From Myxococcales bacterium UBA1660 (GTDB taxonomy: Bacteria > Myxococcota_A > Polyangia > Polyangiales > Houyiibacteriaceae): DNA of 64,000 nucleotides. Positions 50,311-60,080 of this stretch are shown one piece after another; the first letter of the stretch is position 1; each line of letters starts with the position of its first letter. The stretch covers positions 3,497-67,496 of the forward strand of contig DCLA01000020.1 in assembly GCA_002320815.1 (NCBI GenBank). Direction: 5' to 3'. Made by a program: the position numbers and the translations under genes. The notes under the pieces are model-generated. The model saw only the letters and a list, made by a program, of their open reading frames with translations. It was not told where the DNA came from and did not search any database.

Positions 50311-51957
50311 ATGGGTCGTCTTCGAGCAGGTCTCCTCCCTCTTCTCGTCGGGCTCTTGGGCTGCGACCCGAAGGGCGCCGAAGAGAGCGACGCCCGGGTA
50401 CCCGATGCCCGCGCGCGGGTGGTCGCGATCCCCGCGACCGAGGGCCCGGCGCCCGCGGTGGCGGAGGACCCCCCGGAGGCGCCGCCGACGCCGACGACGG
50501 AGGCCTCCGAGCCCGAGGCGTCGCACGAGCCCGCCCCCGAGGCGGTGGATCCCCGCGCGGCCTTCGACGCGCGCTACCCCAACCACGGGATCACCTTCCA
50601 CTTCCTCGCGCGGGTCCGCGCCGAGCCCAACCAGAGCGCCGACGTCGTGGGCTACATGCGCCGCGGCGCCCGCTTCAGGGCCACCGAGCGGGTCCCCGGC
50701 GTGGGCTGCGCCCGCGGCTGGTTCGAGGTGCCCGGCGACGGCTTCGTCTGCCGCGGCGAGGGCTTCCTCATCGGCAGCGAGCCCCCCAGCTTCGAGCCCA
50801 CGCCGGTGCCCCCCGCGCTGGAAGACGCCCTACCCTACGCCTACGGCTGGGTCCCCCGGGACGACGTCGCCCAGTTCTGGCACCTGCCCACCGAGAGCGA
50901 GGAGCGCGCGGTGGCCGACGTCTTCGCCGGCCTCCGCCGCCAGGCGGAAGCGGCCCCGAGCCCCGAAGTCGCCAGCGAGGGCGAGACCGTGGAGCAGGCC
51001 GCCGTCGACGAGGGCGCGGTCGAGGCCCCGCCGCCGCCGGGAAGCGCCGAGGACGACAGCGCCGAGGACGAAGAACTCGGCGAGGCCGGCAGCTTGGCCC
51101 CGGTGACCGTGGCCCAGGCGAACCCCTTGGAGATCCCCGACTTCGTGCGCCTGCGCATGCGCCGCGGCTTCTACGTGAGCCTCGACCGCGAAGAGGTCGA
51201 CGGGTCGCGGAACTTCTTCCGGACCGTCCGCGGCGCCTACGTCCGCGCCGACGCGGTCGCGCCCAACGAGCCGCCCGACCACCGCGGCGTGGTGCTCGGC
51301 GGTCAGTGGCAGCTCCCCATCGCGTTCGTCTACCGGGGCAACACCAGCCGCCTCCGCCGTGTGGGCACCTCCAACCGCTTCCGCGAGGTGGGCCGCCTGG
51401 ACAAGCACACCCCGCTCCGGGTGCTGGACACCCTCGAGCGCGGCGGCCAGCGCTACGCCATCACCCGCGGCGGCGACCTCGTGCGGGGGACCTCTCTGCG
51501 CTGGGCGGAGCCCATCGAGCGCCCGGAGGACATCGAGGAGGGCGAGCGCTGGATCCACGTCCGGCTGAGCGAGCAGACCGTGGTGGCCTACGAGGGAGAC
51601 ACGCCCATCTTCGCCACCACCGTCAGCACCGGCCGCGCCGGCTTCGAGACCCCGACCGGGCTCTTCCGGGTCCAGTCGAAGCACGTGTCGACCACCATGG
51701 ACGACCTGACCAACCCCGACGAGGCCTACCTCATCGAGGACGTCCCCTGGACCATGTACTTCGAGGGGAACTACGCCCTCCACGCCGCGTTCTGGCACGA
51801 CGGCTTCGGCCGCCAGCGCAGCCACGGCTGCGTGAACCTGGCGCCGGCCGACGCCCGCTGGCTCTTCCGCTGGTCGGGCCCGGAGCTCCCCGCGAGCTGG
51901 CACGGCACCTTCGCCACCCGGAACCGCCGGGGCAGCGCCGTCTACGTCACCGAGTAG
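50311..51957 (+). CDS. L,D-transpeptidase (YkuD family) lipoprotein
   Basis: Lipobox LLGC; WIHVRLSEQT, VSTG, TPTG, VPWTMYF, ALHAAFWH..FG..SHGCVN. Confidence 0.93.
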   Translation: MGRLRAGLLPLLVGLLGCDPKGAEESDARVPDARARVVAIPATEGPAPAVAEDPPEAPPTPTTEASEPEASHEPAPEAVDPRAAFDARYPNHGITFHFLARVRAEPNQSADVVGYMRRGARFRATERVPGVGCARGWFEVPGDGFVCRGEGFLIGSEPPSFEPTPVPPALEDALPYAYGWVPRDDVAQFWHLPTESEERAVADVFAGLRRQAEAAPSPEVASEGETVEQAAVDEGAVEAPPPPGSAEDDSAEDEELGEAGSLAPVTVAQANPLEIPDFVRLRMRRGFYVSLDREEVDGSRNFFRTVRGAYVRADAVAPNEPPDHRGVVLGGQWQLPIAFVYRGNTSRLRRVGTSNRFREVGRLDKHTPLRVLDTLERGGQRYAITRGGDLVRGTSLRWAEPIERPEDIEEGERWIHVRLSEQTVVAYEGDTPIFATTVSTGRAGFETPTGLFRVQSKHVSTTMDDLTNPDEAYLIEDVPWTMYFEGNYALHAAFWHDGFGRQRSHGCVNLAPADARWLFRWSGPELPASWHGTFATRNRRGSAVYVTE

Positions 51958-52003
51958 CGGCTGGCTGCACCGGCTGGCTGCACCGGCTGGCTGCACCGGC
52001 TGG
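51958..52003. repeat. 13-bp tandem repeat cggctggctgcac, three full copies plus a partial
   Basis: Units at 51958, 51971, 51984, partial at 51997. Confidence 0.9.
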
Positions 52004-52026
52004 CGACGCCTGCTACATCGCCGCGG

Positions 52027-54228
52027 ATGCACCCCGCCCGGCCGCAGGTACCCAGCCGTCCCTGCCCGGCGTGCGCCAAGCCGGTCGACCCGCTGCGCGC
52101 GCCGGAGGTGGTCGTCGTGCCCGCCGGCCCGCGCTACCTGTGCAGCGAGGGCTGCCGGCAGCGGTACCTGGAGACGGTGCGCACCCAGGAGTCCCGGCGC
52201 CAGGTGCAGCCCGCCCCGGTCACCGTCCCCCAACGGGTCCGCGACGCCACCCGGCCCTCGATGATCCTGCCCGCGGCGGACGCCAGCACCAGCACCATGC
52301 GGCGCCCCGCGCTGCTCGACGTGGGCGAGACCCCGGTGCCCTGGCCCGCGCTGGTTGCCGCGCTGAGCGCCTTCGCCCTGGCGCTGGTCGCGCGCACCCC
52401 GCTCGTCGGCGGGGTCGCCGCCGTGCTGGTGGCCACCTCGGCAGCGCTCACGCTGCAGCACCACGCCAGCGCGCGTTCGACCATCGGGTGGCTCACCTGG
52501 CTCGCGGGACCGGTCGGCGCGACGCTGACCGCCGCCGGCGGATGGCTCGCCCTCCGCGAGGACTCCACGCACTGGTGGACCCTGGCCGCGTCCGGCCTGG
52601 CCGCCGCCGCGATGGCTCTGCGCGCCCTCCTCGACGCCCGCGGTCGCGAGCCGGTGGCCGACGCCGTGCGCGCGCTCCTGGCGCAGCTCCCGACCCGCGC
52701 CCGCATCCCCGCACGCGACGACGGCGAGACCACCCGCTACGAAGAGGTCCACCTCTCCGAGGTGCGCGCCGGCGAGGTGGTCCTGGTCGTCGAGGGCGAG
52801 ACCCTCGGCGTCGATGGCGTGGTGCAGGCGGGCGAGGCGGACGCGCTCCTGCACCCCGGCGCCCAGACTCCGGAGCACCGCCGCCCCGGCGACTCGCTCC
52901 TGGCCGGAGCCAAGGTCACCCGGGGCGCGCTCCGGGTCCGGGCCACCCGCGTGGGCGCCGAGCGCGCGCTCCAGCGCATCCCGCGCTTCGGTCTCGTCGC
53001 CGGCCGCCGCGCGGCGCGCACGGCCCGCGTCGCCGATCGCATCCAGACCATCGGCGGCGCCGTCGCCGTGGCCGGGGCCTTGGCCGGCGCGCTCCTGCTC
53101 ACGGGCAACCCCGGTCTGGCGGGCGCGCTGACCGCAGGCGGCGCGGTGCTCCTCGCGGCCCCGCTCCTGGCCGCCCGCCGCGCCGCCGAGTCGCCCTTCG
53201 TGGCCGCCGCCGCCAGCGCCGCCAGCCGGGGCATCGTCTTCAGCGACGCGCGCACCCTGGACGCCGCGGGGCGGGTGTCCACCGCGGCCCTCTGCACCAC
53301 CGGCACCGTCACCGTGGGGCACCCCGAGGTGGTCGAGGTGACCCCCATCGGCGACGCCGACGTCGACGCGCTGCTGGGCATGGTCGCCGGCACCTGCGCC
53401 AAGGTGGAGGTCCCCGAAGCCCGCGGCATCCGCCGGTACACCCGCGCCCACATGATCGAGCCGCGCCTCGTCCGGCGGGTCGTACGGCATCCGGGCCGCG
53501 GCGTGACGGCGTTCGTCCCCGGCAGCGAGGGCCTGGTGGTCGGGAACCGGCAGCTCCTGCTGGACGAGGGCATCAGCGTGGCCGTCGCCGACGCCGCCGC
53601 GATGCGCGCAGAAGAGCGGGGCGAGACGGCGGTCTTCGTCGGCCTGGGCGGCCGGGTCCGCGCGGTCCTGGCCCTCCGCGACGAGGTTCGCCCCGGCGCG
53701 CGCGCCGCGGTCCAGCGCATGTTCGACCAGCAGATCGAGGTGGTCCTGGTCTCGGGTGACCACCGCGCCACCGTCGAGGCTCTGGCGAGCACCCTGGACG
53801 TCCAGAACGTCAAAGCCGAGCTGGTCCCCGACGAGCAGCGCGACGCCGTCCGCGCCCTGACCGGCGCCGGCGAAGACGTCGCCGCCGTCGGCTTCGCCCC
53901 CCAGGACGCCGAGGTCCTCGGCGCCGCCGGCGTCCCCATCGTCCTCGCCGCCGCCGGCGGCGCGCAGGGCGAACGCGGCATCGCCCTCGCCACCGATGAC
54001 GTCCGCGACGCCGCCGCCGCCCTGTGGATCGCCCGCGCCGCCCGCACCGAAGCCTGGCGCGGCGTCCTCCTCGCCACCGGCGCCGGCAGCCTCCTCATGG
54101 CCGCCGCCGCCCTCGGCTGGGCCGGCCCCGCCGTCGCCGCCCTCGGCGCCCTGGCCATCGACGCCCACACCCTCCTCGGCGGCCCCCGCCTCCTCCACCG
54201 CGTCGCCCTCCGCATCCCGCTCCGCTGA
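52027..54228 (+). CDS. Degenerate P1B-type ATPase homologue (predicted pseudo-ATPase) with N-terminal TRASH/YHS-like metal-binding domain
   Basis: P1B layout (CPAC..LCSEGC, TMs, A, N and P domains) but DKTGT is CTTGT, TGE is PGA, CPC is absent, GDGxND is GFAPQD. Confidence 0.8.
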   Translation: MHPARPQVPSRPCPACAKPVDPLRAPEVVVVPAGPRYLCSEGCRQRYLETVRTQESRRQVQPAPVTVPQRVRDATRPSMILPAADASTSTMRRPALLDVGETPVPWPALVAALSAFALALVARTPLVGGVAAVLVATSAALTLQHHASARSTIGWLTWLAGPVGATLTAAGGWLALREDSTHWWTLAASGLAAAAMALRALLDARGREPVADAVRALLAQLPTRARIPARDDGETTRYEEVHLSEVRAGEVVLVVEGETLGVDGVVQAGEADALLHPGAQTPEHRRPGDSLLAGAKVTRGALRVRATRVGAERALQRIPRFGLVAGRRAARTARVADRIQTIGGAVAVAGALAGALLLTGNPGLAGALTAGGAVLLAAPLLAARRAAESPFVAAAASAASRGIVFSDARTLDAAGRVSTAALCTTGTVTVGHPEVVEVTPIGDADVDALLGMVAGTCAKVEVPEARGIRRYTRAHMIEPRLVRRVVRHPGRGVTAFVPGSEGLVVGNRQLLLDEGISVAVADAAAMRAEERGETAVFVGLGGRVRAVLALRDEVRPGARAAVQRMFDQQIEVVLVSGDHRATVEALASTLDVQNVKAELVPDEQRDAVRALTGAGEDVAAVGFAPQDAEVLGAAGVPIVLAAAGGAQGERGIALATDDVRDAAAALWIARAARTEAWRGVLLATGAGSLLMAAAALGWAGPAVAALGALAIDAHTLLGGPRLLHRVALRIPLR

Positions 54229-54229
54229 A

Positions 54230-54294
54230 GCGAAACGCGCTGGCGAAACGCGCTGGCGAAACGCGCCGGCGGAACGCGCTGGCGCAACGCGCGG
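54230..54294. repeat. 13-bp tandem repeat gcgaaacgcgctg, five diverging copies
   Basis: Units at 54230, 54243, 54256, 54269, 54282. Confidence 0.9.
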
Positions 54295-54304
54295 GCCACC
54301 CCAT

Positions 54305-54501
54305 GTTCGGCGACGACGACCGGCAGGACAGCCCCTCGCAAACCCGATGCGCAAGTTGGCAAGTGCGTCCCCAAAGCAAGTCGGGGCGTGCTGCACCCCC
54401 ACGTTCGGCGACGACGACCCGACGAGGGCCCATCGAAGACGAAGCGCGCGACCCGATGCGCAAGTTGGCAAGTGCGTCCCCAAAGCAAGTCGGGGCGTGC
54501 T
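54305..54501. repeat. Composite A-spacer-B-A-spacer-B intergenic repeat
   Basis: A = gttcggcgacgacgacc at 54305 and 54403; B = identical 51-mer acccgatgcgcaagttggcaagtgcgtccccaaagcaagtcggggcgtgct at 54342-54392 and 54451-54501. Confidence 0.9.
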
Positions 54502-54540
54502 CCTCGCGGGGGGAGGCGGCAGGTGCTACCACCGCGCGCG

Positions 54541-55986
<1,446 letters not shown>

Positions 55987-55987
55987 G

Positions 55988-57265
55988 ATGAGCCTGCCCA
56001 GCGAAGCCTTCGCCTACGCCGACGGCGTCCTGACTACCAGCGGCGTGGACCTGCGCGCCGTCGCCGAGGCCCACGGGACCCCGACGTGGGTCTACTCCGG
56101 TGAGCGGGTCGACGCCGCGTACCGTTCGATCACCGAAGCCATGGCCCAGGCGAGTGGCGGCAGCGAGACCCTCATCGCCTACGCCATCAAGGCCAACGGC
56201 AACCAGGCGCTCCTGAAGCGCCTGGCGGCCCTCGGCTGCGGCGCGGACATCGTCAGCGGCGGCGAGCTCCTCCGCGCGCTACGCGCGGGGATCCCGGCGG
56301 AGCGCATCGTCTACAGCGGCGTCGGGAAGTCCCGCGCCGAGCTCCGGCTGGCGCTCGAGAAGGGCATCCGCGCCGTCCACGTGGAGAGCGAGAGCGAGCT
56401 CCGGCTCCTGGGAGAGGTCGCCGCGGACCTCGGCACCACCGCGACCATCGCGCTCCGCGTGAACCCCAACGTGGACGCCGAGACCCACCCCTACATCGCC
56501 ACCGGGCTCCACTCGACCAAGTTCGGCCTGGAGCTGGACGTGGCCGAGCGGCTGGTCCCCGAGATCGTGGGCGACGACCGCTTCCACCTCGACGGCGTGA
56601 GCTGCCACATCGGGTCCCAGCTCGGGTCCGTCGACCCGCTGCGCGAAGCGGTCACCCTCCTGGCCCAGTTCGCGCTCCAGTGCCGCGAGCTCGGCGCGCC
56701 CATCCGCTCCCTCGACGTGGGCGGCGGTTGGCCCCTCACCTACGGCAACGAGAAGGCCCCCTACCCCGCCGACGCCGCCTTCGGCGCCGCCATCGCCGAA
56801 GGCCTCGAGGCCGCCGGCGCCCGCGACTTCGACCTCATCACCGAGCCCGGCCGGGCGCTCGTCGGCGACGCGGGCGCGCTGCTGACCTCGGTGCTCGCGA
56901 TCAAGGACCAGGGCGGCAAGCGCTTCGTGATCCTCGACGGCGCGATGACCGAGCTCATCCGCCCCAGCCTCTACCAGGCGTACCACGCCATCGTGCCCGT
57001 CGTGGCCCCCGAGGGCCCCACCCGGGAGACCGACCTGGTGGGCCCGGTCTGCGAGTCCGGCGACTTCTTCGCGCGCAGCCGCCCCTTCCCCGAGGTCCGC
57101 GAGGGCGACCTGGTCGCCGTGCTCGGCGCCGGCGCCTACGGCCGGGAGATGGCCAGCTCCTACAACGCGCGCCCCCGCGCCGCCGAGGTCCTCTGCGAGG
57201 CCGGGAGCGCCTCCCTCGTGCGCCGCCGGGGTGACGTCGAGAGCCTCTGGGCCGGCGAGGACTGA
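55988..57265 (+). CDS. lysA: Diaminopimelate decarboxylase
   Basis: YAIKAN, DIVSGGEL, YSGVGK, SKFG, HIGSQL, EPGR, GPVCESGD, GAYG..YN. Confidence 0.96.
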   Translation: MSLPSEAFAYADGVLTTSGVDLRAVAEAHGTPTWVYSGERVDAAYRSITEAMAQASGGSETLIAYAIKANGNQALLKRLAALGCGADIVSGGELLRALRAGIPAERIVYSGVGKSRAELRLALEKGIRAVHVESESELRLLGEVAADLGTTATIALRVNPNVDAETHPYIATGLHSTKFGLELDVAERLVPEIVGDDRFHLDGVSCHIGSQLGSVDPLREAVTLLAQFALQCRELGAPIRSLDVGGGWPLTYGNEKAPYPADAAFGAAIAEGLEAAGARDFDLITEPGRALVGDAGALLTSVLAIKDQGGKRFVILDGAMTELIRPSLYQAYHAIVPVVAPEGPTRETDLVGPVCESGDFFARSRPFPEVREGDLVAVLGAGAYGREMASSYNARPRAAEVLCEAGSASLVRRRGDVESLWAGED

Positions 57266-57394
57266 CCCCCGCGGTCGCGGTGGTCTTCGCCTGGTACGAA
57301 GCCGTCCAGACCGACCACGAGCGCCAGATCGAGCGCCAGCTGCCGAAGCTTCGCGAGCGCAGCGTCCGGTTCTTCGAGCCTGCCCTGGAGCCGC

Positions 57395-58207
57395 TCACTC
57401 CAGGATGAAGCACTCGATCGAGGTCTCGATCCGGAAGTTGCTCTCGTTCGTGTGGCGTTCGGCGTGGAAGACGTCGAGGGAGTAGCGGGTGCCCACCTCG
57501 ATGCCGAGCTCGGCCGCCTGGGCGTCGAAGTCGATGGTCCCGGCGAGCGCGCCGTGGAGGCCACCGAGGTCCAGGGCCAGGCGGTCGTTCACGAAGACCC
57601 ACACGTCGTCGTCGCCGCGGAAGGTGAAGACCTCGCCCCCGCGGTACTGGAAGGTGGCGTGGATCTCGGTGGTGAAGTGGAAGTTGTGCGGGTTGCCCTC
57701 GTTGCCGAAGCCCATGTCGGCCAGCGGGAAGAACGCACTGTTGTCATAGACGTAGTTCCCGGGCGACTCCTCGGTGAGCGCCAGGCCGACGGTGAAGGGC
57801 ATGTTCACGCCGTCGACGTCCCGGTACCACTGGTCGAAGTTGTCCGGGCCGGTGGTCTGGCTGGTCGGACCCGCCGCGGCGTGGACGGGCTTGCCGTCGG
57901 CGCCGAGCATGGACTCCACCAGCCCGGTGGTCGCCCCGGAGCCGCCGAACGACTCGAAGTCCGGGTGAGCGGCGTGGAAGTCGCGCACGGTGGCTTCGAG
58001 GTCACCACAGCGCTCCGGGTCGCCGAAGTCCCGGGGCGGACCGAAGTCGGTGGGTCCACTCGCGTCGCGACCGACCCCCGCGTCGTCGCCGCCTCCCGCG
58101 TCCACGCCGCCGCCGCCATCGCGGGCCAAGGTGTCCGAGCCGAGGGTCTCCCCGCAGTCGCAGGCGACGGTCAGCGAGAGAGCGAGGAAGACGACCGGGG
58201 TCCGCAT
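57395..58207 (-). CDS. Fibro-slime (PA14-like) domain lipoprotein
   Basis: VRDF..HPDFE, FDQWYRD, HNFHFTTE, FRGDDDVWVFVN, LDLGGLH, FHAERH..SNFRIET. Confidence 0.88.
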   Translation of the reverse strand: MRTPVVFLALSLTVACDCGETLGSDTLARDGGGGVDAGGGDDAGVGRDASGPTDFGPPRDFGDPERCGDLEATVRDFHAAHPDFESFGGSGATTGLVESMLGADGKPVHAAAGPTSQTTGPDNFDQWYRDVDGVNMPFTVGLALTEESPGNYVYDNSAFFPLADMGFGNEGNPHNFHFTTEIHATFQYRGGEVFTFRGDDDVWVFVNDRLALDLGGLHGALAGTIDFDAQAAELGIEVGTRYSLDVFHAERHTNESNFRIETSIECFILE

Positions 58208-58253
58208 CCCGAAAGCTTCGGCGCTGCCCCCAGCGACCGCAAGGCACACCGTT

Positions 58254-58293
58254 GGCGCGGTGAGTTTCCGGCAACGCCGAAACCCACCGCGCC
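58254..58293. terminator. Imperfect 40-nt hairpin between the dynamin stop and the fibro-slime start
   Basis: ggcgcggtg-a-gtttc-c-ggc / aac / gcc-gaaac-c-caccgcgcc; no clear U tract. Confidence 0.4.
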
Positions 58294-58304
58294 TCTCCGG
58301 TGCG

Positions 58305-60080
58305 TCAGTGCACGGCGTCGGAGGTGGCGCCGCTGGCCCAGAGCCCGGTGCGCATGCCCTGCATGCGGGTCTCGACCTCTTCGAGACGCGCGAGGGTCAT
58401 GCCCACGTCGCCGGCCAGCTTGGTCTGCGCCGCGGCGCCCGAGCTCTTGGCCTCCCGGGCGGTGCGCACCAGCTCGGCGATGGACCGGCTCATCTCCTCG
58501 TTCGCGCGGGTGACGAAGTCGATCAGGCGCTCGCCGAACTCGTCGATGCGCTCGTCGAAGGCGTCCGCCATCTTCTTGGCGGCGTCGATGACCACCTTCG
58601 GGGCCTCTTCCTTCGCGCGCTCCTTGACCTGCTTGTCGGCGCGGCCCCGGAAGACCAGCGCGAGCACCGGCGCCGCGAGGGCCAGCGCGCCGCCGACCAG
58701 CACGTTGGAGAGCACCATCAGGGTCACGCCGAAGGCGCCGACGGCGAAGACGCCCACGTCGTAGGCGAAGGTGTTCACGTCGAGGTCGAGCTCGGTGGAG
58801 TCGTCCCCCAGCACCGCGCGCAGATGCTCCGCCCGGGCCGAGGCGTCTTCGGTCACGAAGGCGATGGCCTCTTCGGCCACCTTCTCCAGGCGCGTCGCGA
58901 TGGCCTCGGCCTGCTCCTCGGCGAGGTTCTTGAACTTCTCCTCGATGAAGCCGCCGAGGTGCTTCCGCAGATCCTTGGCGTCGCTCTGCTCGATCTCCCC
59001 GGGGAGCTGGTCGGCGAAGCGACGGGCGAAGCCCTCGACGTCGGCGCGGACCACCGCCTTGACCGCGCTGACCGACTCGCGGATGCGCGCCTTGCGCTCG
59101 CTCATCCGCTCGGCGCTCTGCTCGAGGTCTTCCTCGAGGGTCTTCAGGCGCCGCTCCAGCTCGGCCTGGTCCATCGCCAGGGCCCGCTTCTGGACCTCGA
59201 TACCGGTCTTGAGCGTCGCCGCGGTGCGGATGCCGTCCCCGAGCGCGTTGTCGAGGAGGACTCGGCCGCGCTCGTCGCGCAGGAAGGTGCGCAGATGCTC
59301 GACCAGCTCGTCCATGCCGGAGGTGCTCCGGTCGCCCTCGAGGGCCTGCTCGGCGCTCACGCCGAAGACGATGGGGTCGGCCATCAGCTTGCCCAGGTTG
59401 AGCCGGGCGTAGGCCAGGGCCTCCTCGCGCTCCTCGTCGTCGAGGATGTCCATCTTGTTCACGACGAAGACGACCTTGTCGCGCGACTGGGCGAGGAGCT
59501 TGCTGGCCACGAAGGCCCGCTCGGACTCCTTGAGGATCTGTCCGGCGTCCAGGAGGAACAGGATGGCGTCCGAGCGCGGGATGTAGCCGTAGGTGATCTC
59601 GGCCCGCGCCTCGTTGATGTCGTTCACGCCCGGCGTGTCCACCAGGACCACGCCCTCCTCGAGGAAGGGCGCGGGGTACTTCACGTCCAGGTGCTTCACC
59701 GCGTCGGCCTGGGCCGCTCCGCCGACCTCGTACTGCTCGAGCTCGCCGATGGCGACGTCCTTCTCCCCCGCGTCGCCGACCGCCTTGGCGGTCTGGGTCT
59801 CGCCGTGGGCCACGTGGTGGATCACCGCGGTGGTCGGCGTGACGCCCATGGGCAGGAGCGGCGCGCCGAGGAGCGCGTTCACGAAGGTCGTCTTGCCGTG
59901 GTTGAACTCCCCGAGGACCACCAGGTGGAAGCGCTCGTCGCGCAGCCGCGGGATCCGGTCGTCGCGCAGCTTGCGCGCCAGGGACTTGGCTCCGGCCTCG
60001 TCGGCCAGCGCCGCCACGTCCCGGAGGCTCCGTAGCGCCTGCTGCTTCAGCTCGCCGTAGCGGCTCGTCGTCTCGCTCAT
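58305..60080 (-). CDS. Bacterial dynamin-like GTPase (BDLP / mitofusin-like)
   Basis: G1 GEFNHGKTT, G2 PTT, G3 DTPG, G4 NKMD; coiled-coil stalk; hydrophobic paddle VGVFAVGAFGVTLMVLSNVLVGGALALAAPVLALVF. Confidence 0.92.
   Translation of the reverse strand: MSETTSRYGELKQQALRSLRDVAALADEAGAKSLARKLRDDRIPRLRDERFHLVVLGEFNHGKTTFVNALLGAPLLPMGVTPTTAVIHHVAHGETQTAKAVGDAGEKDVAIGELEQYEVGGAAQADAVKHLDVKYPAPFLEEGVVLVDTPGVNDINEARAEITYGYIPRSDAILFLLDAGQILKESERAFVASKLLAQSRDKVVFVVNKMDILDDEEREEALAYARLNLGKLMADPIVFGVSAEQALEGDRSTSGMDELVEHLRTFLRDERGRVLLDNALGDGIRTAATLKTGIEVQKRALAMDQAELERRLKTLEEDLEQSAERMSERKARIRESVSAVKAVVRADVEGFARRFADQLPGEIEQSDAKDLRKHLGGFIEEKFKNLAEEQAEAIATRLEKVAEEAIAFVTEDASARAEHLRAVLGDDSTELDLDVNTFAYDVGVFAVGAFGVTLMVLSNVLVGGALALAAPVLALVFRGRADKQVKERAKEEAPKVVIDAAKKMADAFDERIDEFGERLIDFVTRANEEMSRSIAELVRTAREAKSSGAAAQTKLAGDVGMTLARLEEVETRMQGMRTGLWASGATSDAVH

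Noticed and set aside
54230-54501. CRISPR array interpretation of the composite repeat
   Set aside because: Only two copies of each block, 51-bp unit too long, unequal spacers, no cas genes in the window; kept as an unexplained repeat
57280-57408. 42-aa ORF VVFAWYEAVQTDHERQIERQLPKLRERSVRFFEPALEPLTPG after lysA
   Set aside because: Coding-like codons, but no SD or promoter, no recognisable motif and it overlaps the convergent gene end; possibly a remnant, not supportable
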